Below are positions 1 through 8,856 of a stretch of 64,000 nucleotides of DNA, piece after piece. Source of the DNA: Pseudomonadota bacterium (GTDB taxonomy: Bacteria > Pseudomonadota > Gammaproteobacteria > Pseudomonadales > JADFDG01); contig JBMOON010000040.1 of assembly GCA_049323295.1 (NCBI GenBank), positions 79,074 through 143,073 of the forward strand, given 5' to 3'. The notes beneath the pieces are model-generated. The model was not told the DNA's origin, did no database searches, and saw nothing but the letters and a program-made list of their open reading frames with translations. The translations under genes were made by a program, and so were the position numbers. Positions within the stretch are counted from its first letter, which is position 1, and every line of letters starts with the position of its first letter.

Positions 1-65
1 TCGGGATCGACGTAGCGGACGGCGGCTTCGGCGGCGGCTTTCTTGCGGGCGTCCTGCGGATTCAT
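1..65 (-). CDS. rpiA: ribose-5-phosphate isomerase A, first 21 codons only (gene runs off the window start)
   Basis: Minus-strand ATG at 63-65 opens MNPQDARKKAAAEAAVRYVDP..., resembling the conserved RpiA N-terminus (M-N/T-QD-x-LK-x-A...AA...V). Divergent rpiA/ilvA is a common gammaproteobacterial arrangement. Only a fragment is visible. Confidence 0.5.
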   Translation of the reverse strand, partial: MNPQDARKKAAAEAAVRYVDP

Positions 66-174
66 GTGCGGCTCCGGCGGGCGGGGATGCGGGGCGCGCG
101 CATTATAGGCTGTCGTCGGCTACCATGGCCGCTTCCCGCGGGTTTCCGCCGACTTCCCTGTTCCGGGCGCCGTC

Positions 175-1692
175 ATGTCACTGGAAGATTATGTTCGCCG
201 CATCCTGACTGCCCGCGTCTACGACGTTGCGATCGAGTCTCCGCTGTCGCCGGCGCCGCAATTGTCGCGCCGTCTGGACAACCGGGTCCTGCTCAAGCGC
301 GAGGACCTGCAGCCGGTCTTCTCGTTCAAGTTGCGCGGTGCCTACAACAAGATCGTGCATCTGCCCGAAGCGCAGCGGGCGGCGGGCGTCATCACCGCCA
401 GTGCCGGCAACCATGCCCAGGGCGTGGCGCTGGCGGCGCAGTCGCTGGGCATCAAGGCGGTCATCGTGATGCCGCAGACCACGCCGGAAATCAAGGTGAA
501 CAGCGTGCGCCAGCGTGGCGCAAGGGTCGTGCTGCACGGCGACACCTTCGATGAGGCGCATGCCCATGCGCGGCAGCTGGAAAAGGAAAAGGGCTACACC
601 TTCGTCCATCCCTACGACGATCCGGAAGTGATCGCCGGGCAGGGCACGATCGCCATGGAAATCCTGCGCCAGCATCCGGGGCCGATCGATGCCGTGTTCA
701 TTCCGGTCGGTGGCGGCGGCATCGTTGCCGGCATGGCGGCATACATCAAATACCTGCGGCCGGACATCCGCGTGATCGGCGTCGAGCCGGAGGATGCGGC
801 CTGCCTGCAGGCCGCGCTGAAGGCGAAAAAGCGGGTCGTGCTGCAGGAGGTCGGCCTGTTTGCCGATGGCGTTGCCGTGGCGCAGATCGGCGAGGAAACT
901 TTCCGGATCGCGCGCCGGTACGTCGACGAGGTCGTCACGGCATCGACCGACGAGATCTGCGCGGCGATCAAGGACTTCTTCGACGAGACGCGGGCCATCG
1001 CCGAGCCGGCGGGCGCACTCGCCATCGCCGGCATGAAGAACTGGGTGGAGCGCGAAGGCGCGCAGGGCAGGACCCTGGTGGCGGTGGCCAGCGGCGCCAA
1101 CATGAATTTCGATCGCCTGCGGCACATTTCCGAGCGGACGGAACTGGGCGAAAAGCGCGAGGCCGTGCTGTCGGTGACCATTCCCGAGCGGCCGGGTGCC
1201 TTCAGGGCGTTCTGTCACGCGCTGGGCAAGCGCAACATCACCGAATTCAATTACCGCTACAGCAGCCGCGAGCGTGCCGACGTGTTCGTTGGGCTGACGC
1301 TGGGCAAGCCGGGTGATCGCGAGGAAATCATCGACAAGCTGCGTGCCCACGATTATCCGGTCATCGATCTGACCGACAATGAGATGGCCAAGTTGCACGT
1401 GCGCTACATGGTCGGTGGTCACGCGCCGGAAGCGGGGAAGCAGGAGCTGGTTTTCCGCTTCGAATTTCCGGAGCGTCCCGGCGCGCTGATGAAGTTCCTC
1501 GACCGGCTCGGACAGCGCTGGAACATTTCGCTGTTCCATTACCGCAACCACGGCGCCGATTATGGCCGCGTGCTGGCCGGTTTCCAGGTGGATGCCGGGG
1601 AGCGCAGGGCGGTGGAAAAGTCGCTACGCGACCTCGGCTACCCGTTCATTGACGAGACCGACAACCCGGCTTTCATCCAGTTTTTGCGCTGA
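175..1692 (+). CDS. ilvA: biosynthetic threonine dehydratase (threonine ammonia-lyase)
   Basis: 505-aa ORF with the PLP-lysine motif FSFKLRGAYNK. The length and C-terminal duplicated regulatory region are typical of biosynthetic IlvA. Confidence 0.95.
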   Translation: MSLEDYVRRILTARVYDVAIESPLSPAPQLSRRLDNRVLLKREDLQPVFSFKLRGAYNKIVHLPEAQRAAGVITASAGNHAQGVALAAQSLGIKAVIVMPQTTPEIKVNSVRQRGARVVLHGDTFDEAHAHARQLEKEKGYTFVHPYDDPEVIAGQGTIAMEILRQHPGPIDAVFIPVGGGGIVAGMAAYIKYLRPDIRVIGVEPEDAACLQAALKAKKRVVLQEVGLFADGVAVAQIGEETFRIARRYVDEVVTASTDEICAAIKDFFDETRAIAEPAGALAIAGMKNWVEREGAQGRTLVAVASGANMNFDRLRHISERTELGEKREAVLSVTIPERPGAFRAFCHALGKRNITEFNYRYSSRERADVFVGLTLGKPGDREEIIDKLRAHDYPVIDLTDNEMAKLHVRYMVGGHAPEAGKQELVFRFEFPERPGALMKFLDRLGQRWNISLFHYRNHGADYGRVLAGFQVDAGERRAVEKSLRDLGYPFIDETDNPAFIQFLR

Positions 1693-1702
1693 CGTTGGGG
1701 AA

Positions 1703-1746
1703 CCGCAAAAAGAAAAGGCGCCGCAAGGCGCCCTTTCTTTTTGCGG
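1703..1746. terminator. bidirectional intrinsic terminator between convergent ilvA and an OMP gene
   Basis: 20-bp stem ccgcaaaaagaaaaggcgcc / ggcgccctttctttttgcgg (1 mismatch) with a GCAA loop. A-run on the left and T-run on the right serve both strands. Confidence 0.7.
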
Positions 1747-1753
1747 CGTGGCG

Positions 1754-2350
1754 TTACTTGCCGAAGCGCAGCTTGATGCCCAGCTCCACGCTTTCGATTT
1801 CCACCTCGTCGTAGGACGCGAAATTGAAATTGAGCGTCGCACTCTCGTCGAGATCGAGTTCGGCGCCGATGCCGATGTAGGGGTCGTTGCCGTCATCGGT
1901 GGTTGCCACGGTGGTTGGCGGATTGACGACATGGCCATCGACGTCCCACGCCAGCAGGCCGGCGCGAGCCGTCAGGCGCGTCCGTTCGCTCACCGGCAGG
2001 TAGCCGTTCAGGCCCAGGAACAGGCCGGTCATGGTCGTACTGATCCTCACGTTGCCGGCCGTCCATACGGCACCCGTGCCGTCAGAAATTGCCGACAGTG
2101 CGATATCGCCGCCGTCCATGTAGCCGGCCTCGATGCCCACGTAGCGGTTGAAGTCGTAACCGCCGCCGAGGCGCAGGCTGGTGTCCCGGGTGCTGTCTTT
2201 CGGGGCGGAGAGGGATCCGTCGTTGAAGTCCCTGATGGAGACGTCGACCTCCGCTTCCCCGAGGTGAACGCCGACCCAGGCGCCGGCAGCGACGAGCGAA
2301 GGGGTGGCGGCCAGCGAAAGCGCGACGCCGGCCAACATCAGTTTCTGCAT
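1754..2350 (-). CDS. small outer-membrane beta-barrel protein (OmpA-like/OmpW-like barrel family)
   Basis: Track ORF 1754..2491 trimmed to ATG 2350, giving the signal peptide MQKLMLAGVALSLAATPSLVAAGA. Alternating hydrophobic strand pattern and Gly/aromatic-rich strands. Confidence 0.75.
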   Translation of the reverse strand: MQKLMLAGVALSLAATPSLVAAGAWVGVHLGEAEVDVSIRDFNDGSLSAPKDSTRDTSLRLGGGYDFNRYVGIEAGYMDGGDIALSAISDGTGAVWTAGNVRISTTMTGLFLGLNGYLPVSERTRLTARAGLLAWDVDGHVVNPPTTVATTDDGNDPYIGIGAELDLDESATLNFNFASYDEVEIESVELGIKLRFGK

Positions 2351-2360
2351 GTGCGGATCC

Positions 2361-3659
2361 TTACCAGCCGAAGCCGAGTTGCAGGTAGGCGCCGAGCGTG
2401 CCGTCGCTGGCCGCGGCGGAAATGTCGACCGGACCGAGACCGAAACCGATTGAAGCAACATCGGCGACATCGCTGCCGGCAAGGTTGGCACGATAACCGG
2501 CCCGCAGCTGCAGGTAGGTCAGATCGTATTCGGCGCCGAAGGCGAGGAACTGCGTGGCGTCGGAAGACGTCGTGCCGTCGTTTTCGGTCAGATCGAGATC
2601 AAAGGCCAGCGTCGTGCGCTCGGTGACGTGTGCGGCGCCGGCGCGGAGCTGCATGCCCAGGTCGATGGTGCGGCCGCCGGCGGTTTCGTATTCGCCGCCG
2701 ACCAGATTCTTCGCCACGAAACCGAACTGCCAGGGCGATTCGGCGCCGGTCTTGTAAACGGCGCCGAGATCCACGTCGAAGGCGGAGTCGGTGCGTTCGG
2801 TCAGTTCGATGTCGCTGTCTTCGAAGTCGTCAGTGTTGGCGGTGTAGTCGTAGGTGAGGATTTCGACGGCCTTCGGCGTGATGCCGGCGCTGAGGATGCC
2901 GCCGCCTGCGAGATCGAAGCGATGCGATAAGGCAATGCCGGCTTCGGCAACAGCAACGCCAATGGCGCGGGCCGAGGATCGGGCGTCGAAGGCGCCGTCG
3001 ACATTGGTAACGAAATCGACTTCGTTGCTGCTGCCGGTGGTGTCGACGAACAGGTCGCTGTTGGCGGTGACTTCGGCGCTCGACACCACGCCGTCGGAGA
3101 GGATGGCCGCATAACGATCGAGACGGCTGGTGTCGCTGTTGTCGATGCTGGTAGTGATCGACAGCTGGCCATTGCCGCCGATGAACACGCCGACGCCGAG
3201 TTTCGGGCCGGGTACGCCGAAGCCGAGGCCGGCTCCGGGCAGGACATTGGCGGTGTCGTCGTCCAGGCTCTTGAGCTGGTTCGACAACACGGCCGTTGTC
3301 ACGCCGGTGTCGTAGAGGCTCTGGTTGAAGGCGGCGTTCAGCTGGACCACGGCGGTATCGATGCCGTCGATCGCGTTGTTGAGCGCCTCCATGGAGACGT
3401 CGAGCTCGTCGAACTGGTCCTGTATCTCGTCTTCGTCGGCAACCGTGCCGCCGATGCCGAGCACGAACTGGAAATCGTCGTCCGCGTGCTGCATCGACAG
3501 CATCGCCGGGTTGAACAGGGCCGCGCCGGCAGCCTTGGACGAAGCGACGCCGGTGCCGCCCATGCCGGCGGCGCGGACATCGAACGGGGCATAGGGGGCG
3601 GCAGCGGCGGAGCCGGCGGCAGCGGCGGCGGCCAGCAGGCAAAGCGGGCGGATAGGCAT
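2361..3659 (-). CDS. TraF-like (PF13729-type) outer-membrane beta-barrel protein
   Basis: Track ORF trimmed to ATG 3659 (MPIRPLCLLAAAAAAGSAAAAP signal peptide). N-terminal FDVRAAGMGGTGVASSKAAGAALFNPAML motif typical of the family. C-terminal ...AYLQLGFGW barrel signature. Confidence 0.65.
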   Translation of the reverse strand: MPIRPLCLLAAAAAAGSAAAAPYAPFDVRAAGMGGTGVASSKAAGAALFNPAMLSMQHADDDFQFVLGIGGTVADEDEIQDQFDELDVSMEALNNAIDGIDTAVVQLNAAFNQSLYDTGVTTAVLSNQLKSLDDDTANVLPGAGLGFGVPGPKLGVGVFIGGNGQLSITTSIDNSDTSRLDRYAAILSDGVVSSAEVTANSDLFVDTTGSSNEVDFVTNVDGAFDARSSARAIGVAVAEAGIALSHRFDLAGGGILSAGITPKAVEILTYDYTANTDDFEDSDIELTERTDSAFDVDLGAVYKTGAESPWQFGFVAKNLVGGEYETAGGRTIDLGMQLRAGAAHVTERTTLAFDLDLTENDGTTSSDATQFLAFGAEYDLTYLQLRAGYRANLAGSDVADVASIGFGLGPVDISAAASDGTLGAYLQLGFGW

Positions 3660-3907
3660 GGCGGCGTCCCTGGCGGTGGCACGTGGAGCGGTCGGGGGTC
3701 GAAACGTGCGCAGTATCACAGGCGAAACGGGCCTTCGCCACAGAGCAAGGGGGAGTAATTCACAGATCCTGAGGATCTCCTGAAAATACCCTTATAACTT
3801 TATGATCCGACAGTAATTTCATGCTTGATTCTTGACCGGGTTCACGGAATGATCCGTGCCCTTGGTCAAAACTTCACCGGCTGTCACTCCCTACCCGGCC
3901 CACCACA

Positions 3908-4045
3908 ATGAAAAAGAAGTCCCCTGACATCCTCTGGGTGTTCGCCGCCATCTTCATGGCCGGCGTGCTGTTCAGTGCCGTCAGCGAAGGCGGCAACCAG
4001 GACGATGCGCGCCGCGCCGCCGGCATCATGGTCCACGGCGGCTGA
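3908..4045 (+). CDS. 45-codon micro-ORF with one predicted transmembrane helix (speculative)
   Basis: ATG 3908 reads MKKKSPDILWVFAAIFMAGVLFSAVSEGGNQDDARRAAGIMVHGG, stop 4043-4045. Lys-rich N-terminus followed by a hydrophobic helix. No clear Shine-Dalgarno, and below the track length cutoff. Confidence 0.25.
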   Translation: MKKKSPDILWVFAAIFMAGVLFSAVSEGGNQDDARRAAGIMVHGG

Positions 4046-4075
4046 AGCCGCCGTCCTTCCGCAAGCCCTCGGCGG

Positions 4076-4648
4076 TCAGTCCGTGAACACCCGCGCCAGC
4101 GGGATGTCCCACGGACGGGCCGGCAGTTCTGCCACTTCCTGCAACCGGTGCGCCAGTCCGCAGAGCACCGGCCGGCGCGGCCAGCGCCCGGCCTGCGTGC
4201 GGGCAAAAGTCCGGTCGTAGTACCCCCCGCCCATGCCCAGCCGGTTACCGGCCCGGTCGAACGCCACCAGCGGCGTCAGCACCAGATCCAGTTGCCAGGG
4301 CGCTGCACGTTCACGCCGTGCCCGCGGCTCCGGTATGCCGTAGCGATTGCGCCGCAGGGCAACGCCGGCGCGGTAGCGCACGAACAGCATGCGGTTGCGG
4401 GTCAGCGGATGGAGGACCGGCAGGTAAACGTGCTTGCCGTCGCGCAGTGCGCGGACGGTCAGTGGCGCGGGATCGATTTCGCCGTCGGCAGCCAGATACA
4501 GCGCGATGCGGCGGGCTGCCCGGTATTGCGGGCTGGCCACCACGCGGCGACACAGGCGTCGTGCCGCCGCTCGTTGCTGCGGTTTGCCCAGCGCGCGTCG
4601 CCGGGCCCGCAGGGTCCGGCGCAGGTCGGCGGCTTCGGTGCGGGGCAT
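4076..4648 (-). CDS. ygfA: 5-formyltetrahydrofolate cyclo-ligase
   Basis: 190-aa ORF with ...YLPVL... and GMGGGYYDR motifs of the 5-FCL family. It follows zapA and 6S RNA as in E. coli and Pseudomonas. Confidence 0.9.
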   Translation of the reverse strand: MPRTEAADLRRTLRARRRALGKPQQRAAARRLCRRVVASPQYRAARRIALYLAADGEIDPAPLTVRALRDGKHVYLPVLHPLTRNRMLFVRYRAGVALRRNRYGIPEPRARRERAAPWQLDLVLTPLVAFDRAGNRLGMGGGYYDRTFARTQAGRWPRRPVLCGLAHRLQEVAELPARPWDIPLARVFTD

Positions 4649-4654
4649 GGGAAA

Positions 4655-4840
4655 GAAGGTTCTCCGGCGTGCCGCTGCGGGTGTGGCCCTTGAACCCGGG
4701 GTTCAAGGTTGGTGGCGCGAGGATGCCTCAGGCTTTCCGTCGGGCGGACATGCACACTAGCACCGCAACACGCCTCCGTCGCGATATACGCATCGGCTCA
4801 GGGGACGTAACCCGGCTGGCGCACACGCCAGAGAACGCGG
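4655..4840 (-). ncRNA. ssrS: 6S RNA
   Basis: The minus-strand read GUUCUCUGGCGUGUGCGCCAGCCGGGUUACGUCCCCUGAGCCGAUG ... CACCAACCUUGAACCCCGGGUUCAAGGGCCACACCCGCAGCGGCACGCCGGAGAACCUU parallels the E. coli SsrS 5' and 3' regions. The ends pair (UUCUCUGG / CCGGAGAA). TATACT -10 at 4843-4848 (minus). Sits in the canonical zapA-ssrS-ygfA slot. End coordinates are accurate to about 5 nt. Confidence 0.8.
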
Positions 4841-4918
4841 CCAGTATAGCGGACTGCTGCGGCCGGGCCGTTGGCAAATCGTGACGGAAAATGCGGATGT
4901 TGCGCGACAGCTGACCGC

Positions 4919-5248
4919 TCAGGGATTCGGGCGGTTGCGCTCGTTCAGCTGTTCGATGGCGAGCAACTCCTCTTCCGCCTGCGACAGCAGGCGATCGAGA
5001 CGGGATGCCGAATCGGCGTCGCGCCGGGCATTCCCGCGATTCTGCAGCAGTTCGTAGCCGAGATTCAGCGCTGCCATCACCGCAATGCGCTCCAGGCCGA
5101 TCATGCCGCCGCCCTTCAGCTCCTTCATGCGCTCGTCGAGGAGGCGCGCTGCCTGCAGCAGGCCGTCGCGCTCGTCGGCCGGGCAGCTGAGCTTGTATTC
5201 CTTGCCGAGGATCTGGACGGTGACGGTGTCCATCGCGTCGATGGTCAT
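4919..5248 (-). CDS. zapA: cell division protein ZapA
   Basis: 109-aa ORF MTIDAMDTVTVQILGKEYKLSCPADERDGLLQAARLLDERMKELK..., a typical ZapA. Confidence 0.9.
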   Translation of the reverse strand: MTIDAMDTVTVQILGKEYKLSCPADERDGLLQAARLLDERMKELKGGGMIGLERIAVMAALNLGYELLQNRGNARRDADSASRLDRLLSQAEEELLAIEQLNERNRPNP

Positions 5249-5249
5249 G

Positions 5250-5456
5250 TCATTCCTGCTCCAGTTCCTTGAGGCGCGATATGATGGCTTCGACTTTTGC
5301 CCGCGCCAGATCGTTTTTCTTCAGCAGGTCCGCCCGCTCCTCGCGCAGCGACGCTTCCCGGGTCAACGAGGCCTGATAGCGTTCGCGCACCCGGCGCGAG
5401 GCACGGACCAGCGCTTCGACCTTTTCTTCCAGCTGGCGCAGTTTGTCGTCGCTCAT
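5250..5456 (-). CDS. ZapB-like coiled-coil protein (TIGR02449-type) upstream of zapA
   Basis: Only the last 68 codons of the 817-aa track ORF look real: MSDDKLRQLEEKVEALVRASRRVRERYQ...RLKELEQE (ATG 5454-5456). Heptad-rich, and its stop lies 1 nt before the zapA start. Confidence 0.65.
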   Translation of the reverse strand: MSDDKLRQLEEKVEALVRASRRVRERYQASLTREASLREERADLLKKNDLARAKVEAIISRLKELEQE

Positions 5457-5600
5457 CTGTCGCTCGGCAGGGGGCCGTCGGGGAGGAGGGGGCCGGCCAC
5501 GGCAATTGGGCAATGCAGGGCGGAAATCCGGCCCGATGATCGGGCTAATATAGTGAGCCGGCCGGTCAAGGGTCAATGAAACCGACCACTTGCGGACGGA

Positions 5601-6218
5601 ATGCAGAATTTTGCTGAAGTACGGCACCAGGAAACCGTGATGACCACCGAGTTGCTGCCTCCCCACGACGACATCGACCTGGCCCTTGAGGACATCGGCG
5701 CGGCCGGCGGCGCCTCCTCCGTGCACGGCCTGCTTTCCGGCCTGGCCTGCGGTGGTCACGGGCTGCCGGAAGCGAAGCTGCGTGCGCTGCTGGCCGACGA
5801 ACTGGATGCCGACCTCGACGACGTCACATTCCGCGAGCTGCGCCGGCTGGACGAGATCACGCGCCGGCAGCTGGCCGACGACGAGCTGGGTTTCGAGTTG
5901 CTGCTGCCCGAGGATGACCGCCCGCTGGCCGAACGGGTGGCCGGCATGGCGGAATGGTGCGAAGGTTTTCTCGGCGGGTTCGGCACCGCGAGTGCCGGCC
6001 GGCACGACCGGGACCTGCCGGAAGACGTGCGGATGCTGCTCGACACCATCGGCGAATTCACGCGGGCGGAGGTCGGTGACGACACCGACGGTGATGACGA
6101 AGCCGAGCGCAACTACATGGAGCTGGTCGAATACCTGCGGATTGCCGCCCTGACCATCTACATGGAGATCGTGCAGCCGCGCGATGGCGGTCCGGGTGCG
6201 GAAGCCCCGGTGCACTGA
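5601..6218 (+). CDS. ygfB: UPF0149 family protein YgfB
   Basis: 205-aa acidic protein with ...VHGLLSGLACGG... and ...AEWCEGFLGGFG... motifs. Conserved ygfB-pepP-ubiH order. An alternative in-frame ATG lies at 5640. Confidence 0.85.
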   Translation: MQNFAEVRHQETVMTTELLPPHDDIDLALEDIGAAGGASSVHGLLSGLACGGHGLPEAKLRALLADELDADLDDVTFRELRRLDEITRRQLADDELGFELLLPEDDRPLAERVAGMAEWCEGFLGGFGTASAGRHDRDLPEDVRMLLDTIGEFTRAEVGDDTDGDDEAERNYMELVEYLRIAALTIYMEIVQPRDGGPGAEAPVH

Positions 6219-6251
6219 CGGATGAGCGATGACCGACAGGAGAATGCACGC

Positions 6252-7613
6252 GTGAGCATCACGGCGCAGGAATATGCCCGCCGCCGCCGCGAACTGATGC
6301 GGCAGATGGCGCCCAACAGTATTGCCATCCTGCCTGCGGCCCCGGAGCGCAAGCGCAACCGCGATATCGAATATCCCTACCGGCAGGACAGCGACTTTCA
6401 TTACCTGTGCGGCTTTCCCGAACCGGAAGCCGTACTGGTGCTGGTGCCGGGCCGCGCGCACGGTGAAGTCGTGATGTTCGTGCGCGAGCGCGACCGCGAT
6501 GCCGAAATCTGGAACGGTTATCGCGCCGGCCCGGAAGGTGCCTGCAAGCAATACGGTGCCGACGATGCATTCCCGGTCGGCGACATCGACGAGATCCTCC
6601 CCGGCCTGATCGAGGGCCGCGACCGTCTTTACTACGACATGGGCCGCGATCCCGAGTTCGACCGCACGGTGATGGGCTGGGTCAACAGCATCAAGGCGAA
6701 GATACGTACCGGCGCCCATCCGCCGGGCGAGTTCGTCGCGCTCAACCACCTGTTGCACGACATGCGGCTGTTCAAGAGTGCCGCCGAGCTCAAGCTGATG
6801 CGGCGTTCGGCGGAAATCGCCGCCGGTGCGCACCGGCGGGCAATGGAAACCTGCGTGCCGGGCATGTACGAGTATCAGCTGGAGGCGGAATTCCAGCACG
6901 AATTCATCCGTCACGGTGCGCGCTATCCGGCCTATTCGCCGATCATCGGCGGTGGACGGAACGCGTGCATCCTGCATTACCGGGAAAACGATGCGTTGCT
7001 GCGCAACGGCGATCTGTTGCTGATCGACGCCGGCTGCGAATACCAGCATTACGCTTCCGACATTACCCGGACCTTCCCGGTCAACGGCAAGTTCACCAAA
7101 GAGCAGCAGGCTCTGTACGAACTGGTGCTGGAGTCGCAGCTGGCGGCGATCGGCGAAGTGAAACCGGGCAACCACTGGAACGCGCCGCACGAGATCGTGG
7201 TCAAGGTCCTGACGCAGGGGCTGGTTGATCTCGGGCTCCTGAAGGGATCGGTGAACGATCTGGTCGCCTCGGAAGGCTATCGTCGCTTCTTCATGCACCG
7301 CACCGGCCACTGGATCGGCATGGACGTGCACGACGTCGGCGACTACAAGGTCGACGATCACTGGCGGGTGCAGGAACCGGACATGGTGATGACCGTCGAG
7401 CCGGGCCTGTACGTGAGCCCGGACGACGAGACGGTCGATGAAAAATGGCGCGGCATCGGCATCCGCATCGAGGACGATGTGGCAGTCACCAAGACCGGTC
7501 GTGACGTGATGACCATCGACGCGCCGAAAACGGTTGCCGACATCGTGCGCACGATGTCGGAGGCTGCGCGCACCCGCGTTGCCGTCGGCGGTACGCGCAA
7601 GCACGCCGGCTGA
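6252..7613 (+). CDS. pepP: Xaa-Pro aminopeptidase
   Basis: M24B metallopeptidase motifs (DAGCEY..., HRTGHWIGMDVHD, EPGLY, IRIEDD). GTG 6252 has AGGAG 9 nt upstream and gives an E. coli-like N-terminus. The track start ATG 6222 is the alternative. Confidence 0.9.
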   Translation: MSITAQEYARRRRELMRQMAPNSIAILPAAPERKRNRDIEYPYRQDSDFHYLCGFPEPEAVLVLVPGRAHGEVVMFVRERDRDAEIWNGYRAGPEGACKQYGADDAFPVGDIDEILPGLIEGRDRLYYDMGRDPEFDRTVMGWVNSIKAKIRTGAHPPGEFVALNHLLHDMRLFKSAAELKLMRRSAEIAAGAHRRAMETCVPGMYEYQLEAEFQHEFIRHGARYPAYSPIIGGGRNACILHYRENDALLRNGDLLLIDAGCEYQHYASDITRTFPVNGKFTKEQQALYELVLESQLAAIGEVKPGNHWNAPHEIVVKVLTQGLVDLGLLKGSVNDLVASEGYRRFFMHRTGHWIGMDVHDVGDYKVDDHWRVQEPDMVMTVEPGLYVSPDDETVDEKWRGIGIRIEDDVAVTKTGRDVMTIDAPKTVADIVRTMSEAARTRVAVGGTRKHAG

Positions 7614-7620
7614 ACGGACG

Positions 7621-8856
7621 ATGAGCCGCATCCTGATCGTCGGCGGCGGCATGGCCGGCGCGTCGCTGGCGTTGCTGCTGGCGCGTCGCACGAAGCACGA
7701 CATCGTGCTCGTCGAGCAGGCGCCGCTTACCGGCGGACCGTTCCCCGATACCCCCAGTTACGATGCCCGCTCCACCGCGCTCGCGCTCGGCAGCGCGGAA
7801 ATCCTCGACGCCCTCGGCGTGTGGGCCGTGCTGGCGGCGCATGCGCAGCCGATCACGCGGATCGGGATTTCGCACTGCGGGCGCTTCGGCTCCGCCCGGC
7901 TGGAGGCGGCCGACGAAGGGGTCGCCATGCTGGGATTCGTCGCGGAAAACCGCCATATCGGCCATGCGCTGGTGGCGGCCCTGCGCAACACCCGGGTAAC
8001 GATCCGTTCGCCGATGAAAGTGGCTGCCGTGGCACGGGACGGTGCTGCTCACCGCGTGGTGCTGGCCGATGGCGAATCCCTGACGGCCGATCTGCTGGTG
8101 GTTGCCGACGGCGTGAATTCGTCGCTGCGGCAGACGCTCGGCATCGCGGTGCACAGCCACGAATACGGCGCGACCGCGCTGGTCTGTAACCTGAGCACGC
8201 GCGAGCCGCACGCCGGCATGGCTTTCGAGCGCTTCACCGACGACGGCGCCGTTGCGCTGTTGCCGCTGGTGGGCGAAACGTCCGGCAACCGTGCCGAGGA
8301 CAGTCGCCGGCTGGCCCTGGTCTGGTCGGTGCCCGATGCGCGCGCGCGGGAACTTCTGGCGCTGGACGAGCGCGACTTCATCGCCGCGCTGGACGCCGCC
8401 ACCGGCGGCCGTCTCGGCGGGGTCGCGAAGACCGGCGTGCGCCATGCCTATCCGCTGGTGAAAACCGTCGCTGCCGAACAGGCGGTGCCCGGCGCCGTGC
8501 TGGTCGGCAATGCCGCGCATCTGCTGCATCCGGTCGCCGGGCAGGGTTTCAACCTCACGCTGCGCGATCTGGCGGCGCTGGCCGACACGCTTGCGCAGGC
8601 GGAGCGCGATGGCGAGCCGGTCGGCGAGCTGCGCGTGCTGCAGCGTTATGTCGATAGCCGCGCCCGCGACCAGCAACTGACGGCCGGGCTTTCCCATCGT
8701 CTGCCGCAATTGTTCGGCGCCGGAAATCCGCTGCTGTCGGCGGGACGTGATTTCGGTTTGTTCGCATTCGATGTGCTGGCGCCGCTGAAGCGCGAGTTCG
8801 CCCGCCAGACCATGGGGGTCGGTGTGTTCACGGGAGGCGTCAGTCGTGCCGGTTGA
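7621..8856 (+). CDS. ubiH: 2-octaprenyl-6-methoxyphenol hydroxylase (UbiH/UbiF/COQ6 family)
   Basis: Trimmed to ATG 7621 (MSRILIVGGGMAGASLAL, GxGxxG FAD fold). ...GNAAHLLHPVAGQGFNL motif. Positioned after pepP. Confidence 0.9.
   Translation: MSRILIVGGGMAGASLALLLARRTKHDIVLVEQAPLTGGPFPDTPSYDARSTALALGSAEILDALGVWAVLAAHAQPITRIGISHCGRFGSARLEAADEGVAMLGFVAENRHIGHALVAALRNTRVTIRSPMKVAAVARDGAAHRVVLADGESLTADLLVVADGVNSSLRQTLGIAVHSHEYGATALVCNLSTREPHAGMAFERFTDDGAVALLPLVGETSGNRAEDSRRLALVWSVPDARARELLALDERDFIAALDAATGGRLGGVAKTGVRHAYPLVKTVAAEQAVPGAVLVGNAAHLLHPVAGQGFNLTLRDLAALADTLAQAERDGEPVGELRVLQRYVDSRARDQQLTAGLSHRLPQLFGAGNPLLSAGRDFGLFAFDVLAPLKREFARQTMGVGVFTGGVSRAG

Noticed and set aside
2361-3659. Conjugative-transfer locus inferred from the TraF-like family name
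   Set aside because: There are no relaxase, coupling protein, pilus or T4SS genes anywhere in the window. The gene is a stand-alone outer-membrane barrel.
5250-7703. 817-aa minus-strand ORF covering ygfB and pepP
   Set aside because: Only its last 68 codons (5250-5456, the ZapB-like coiled coil) look real. The rest is antisense to ygfB and pepP and has shadow-ORF composition.
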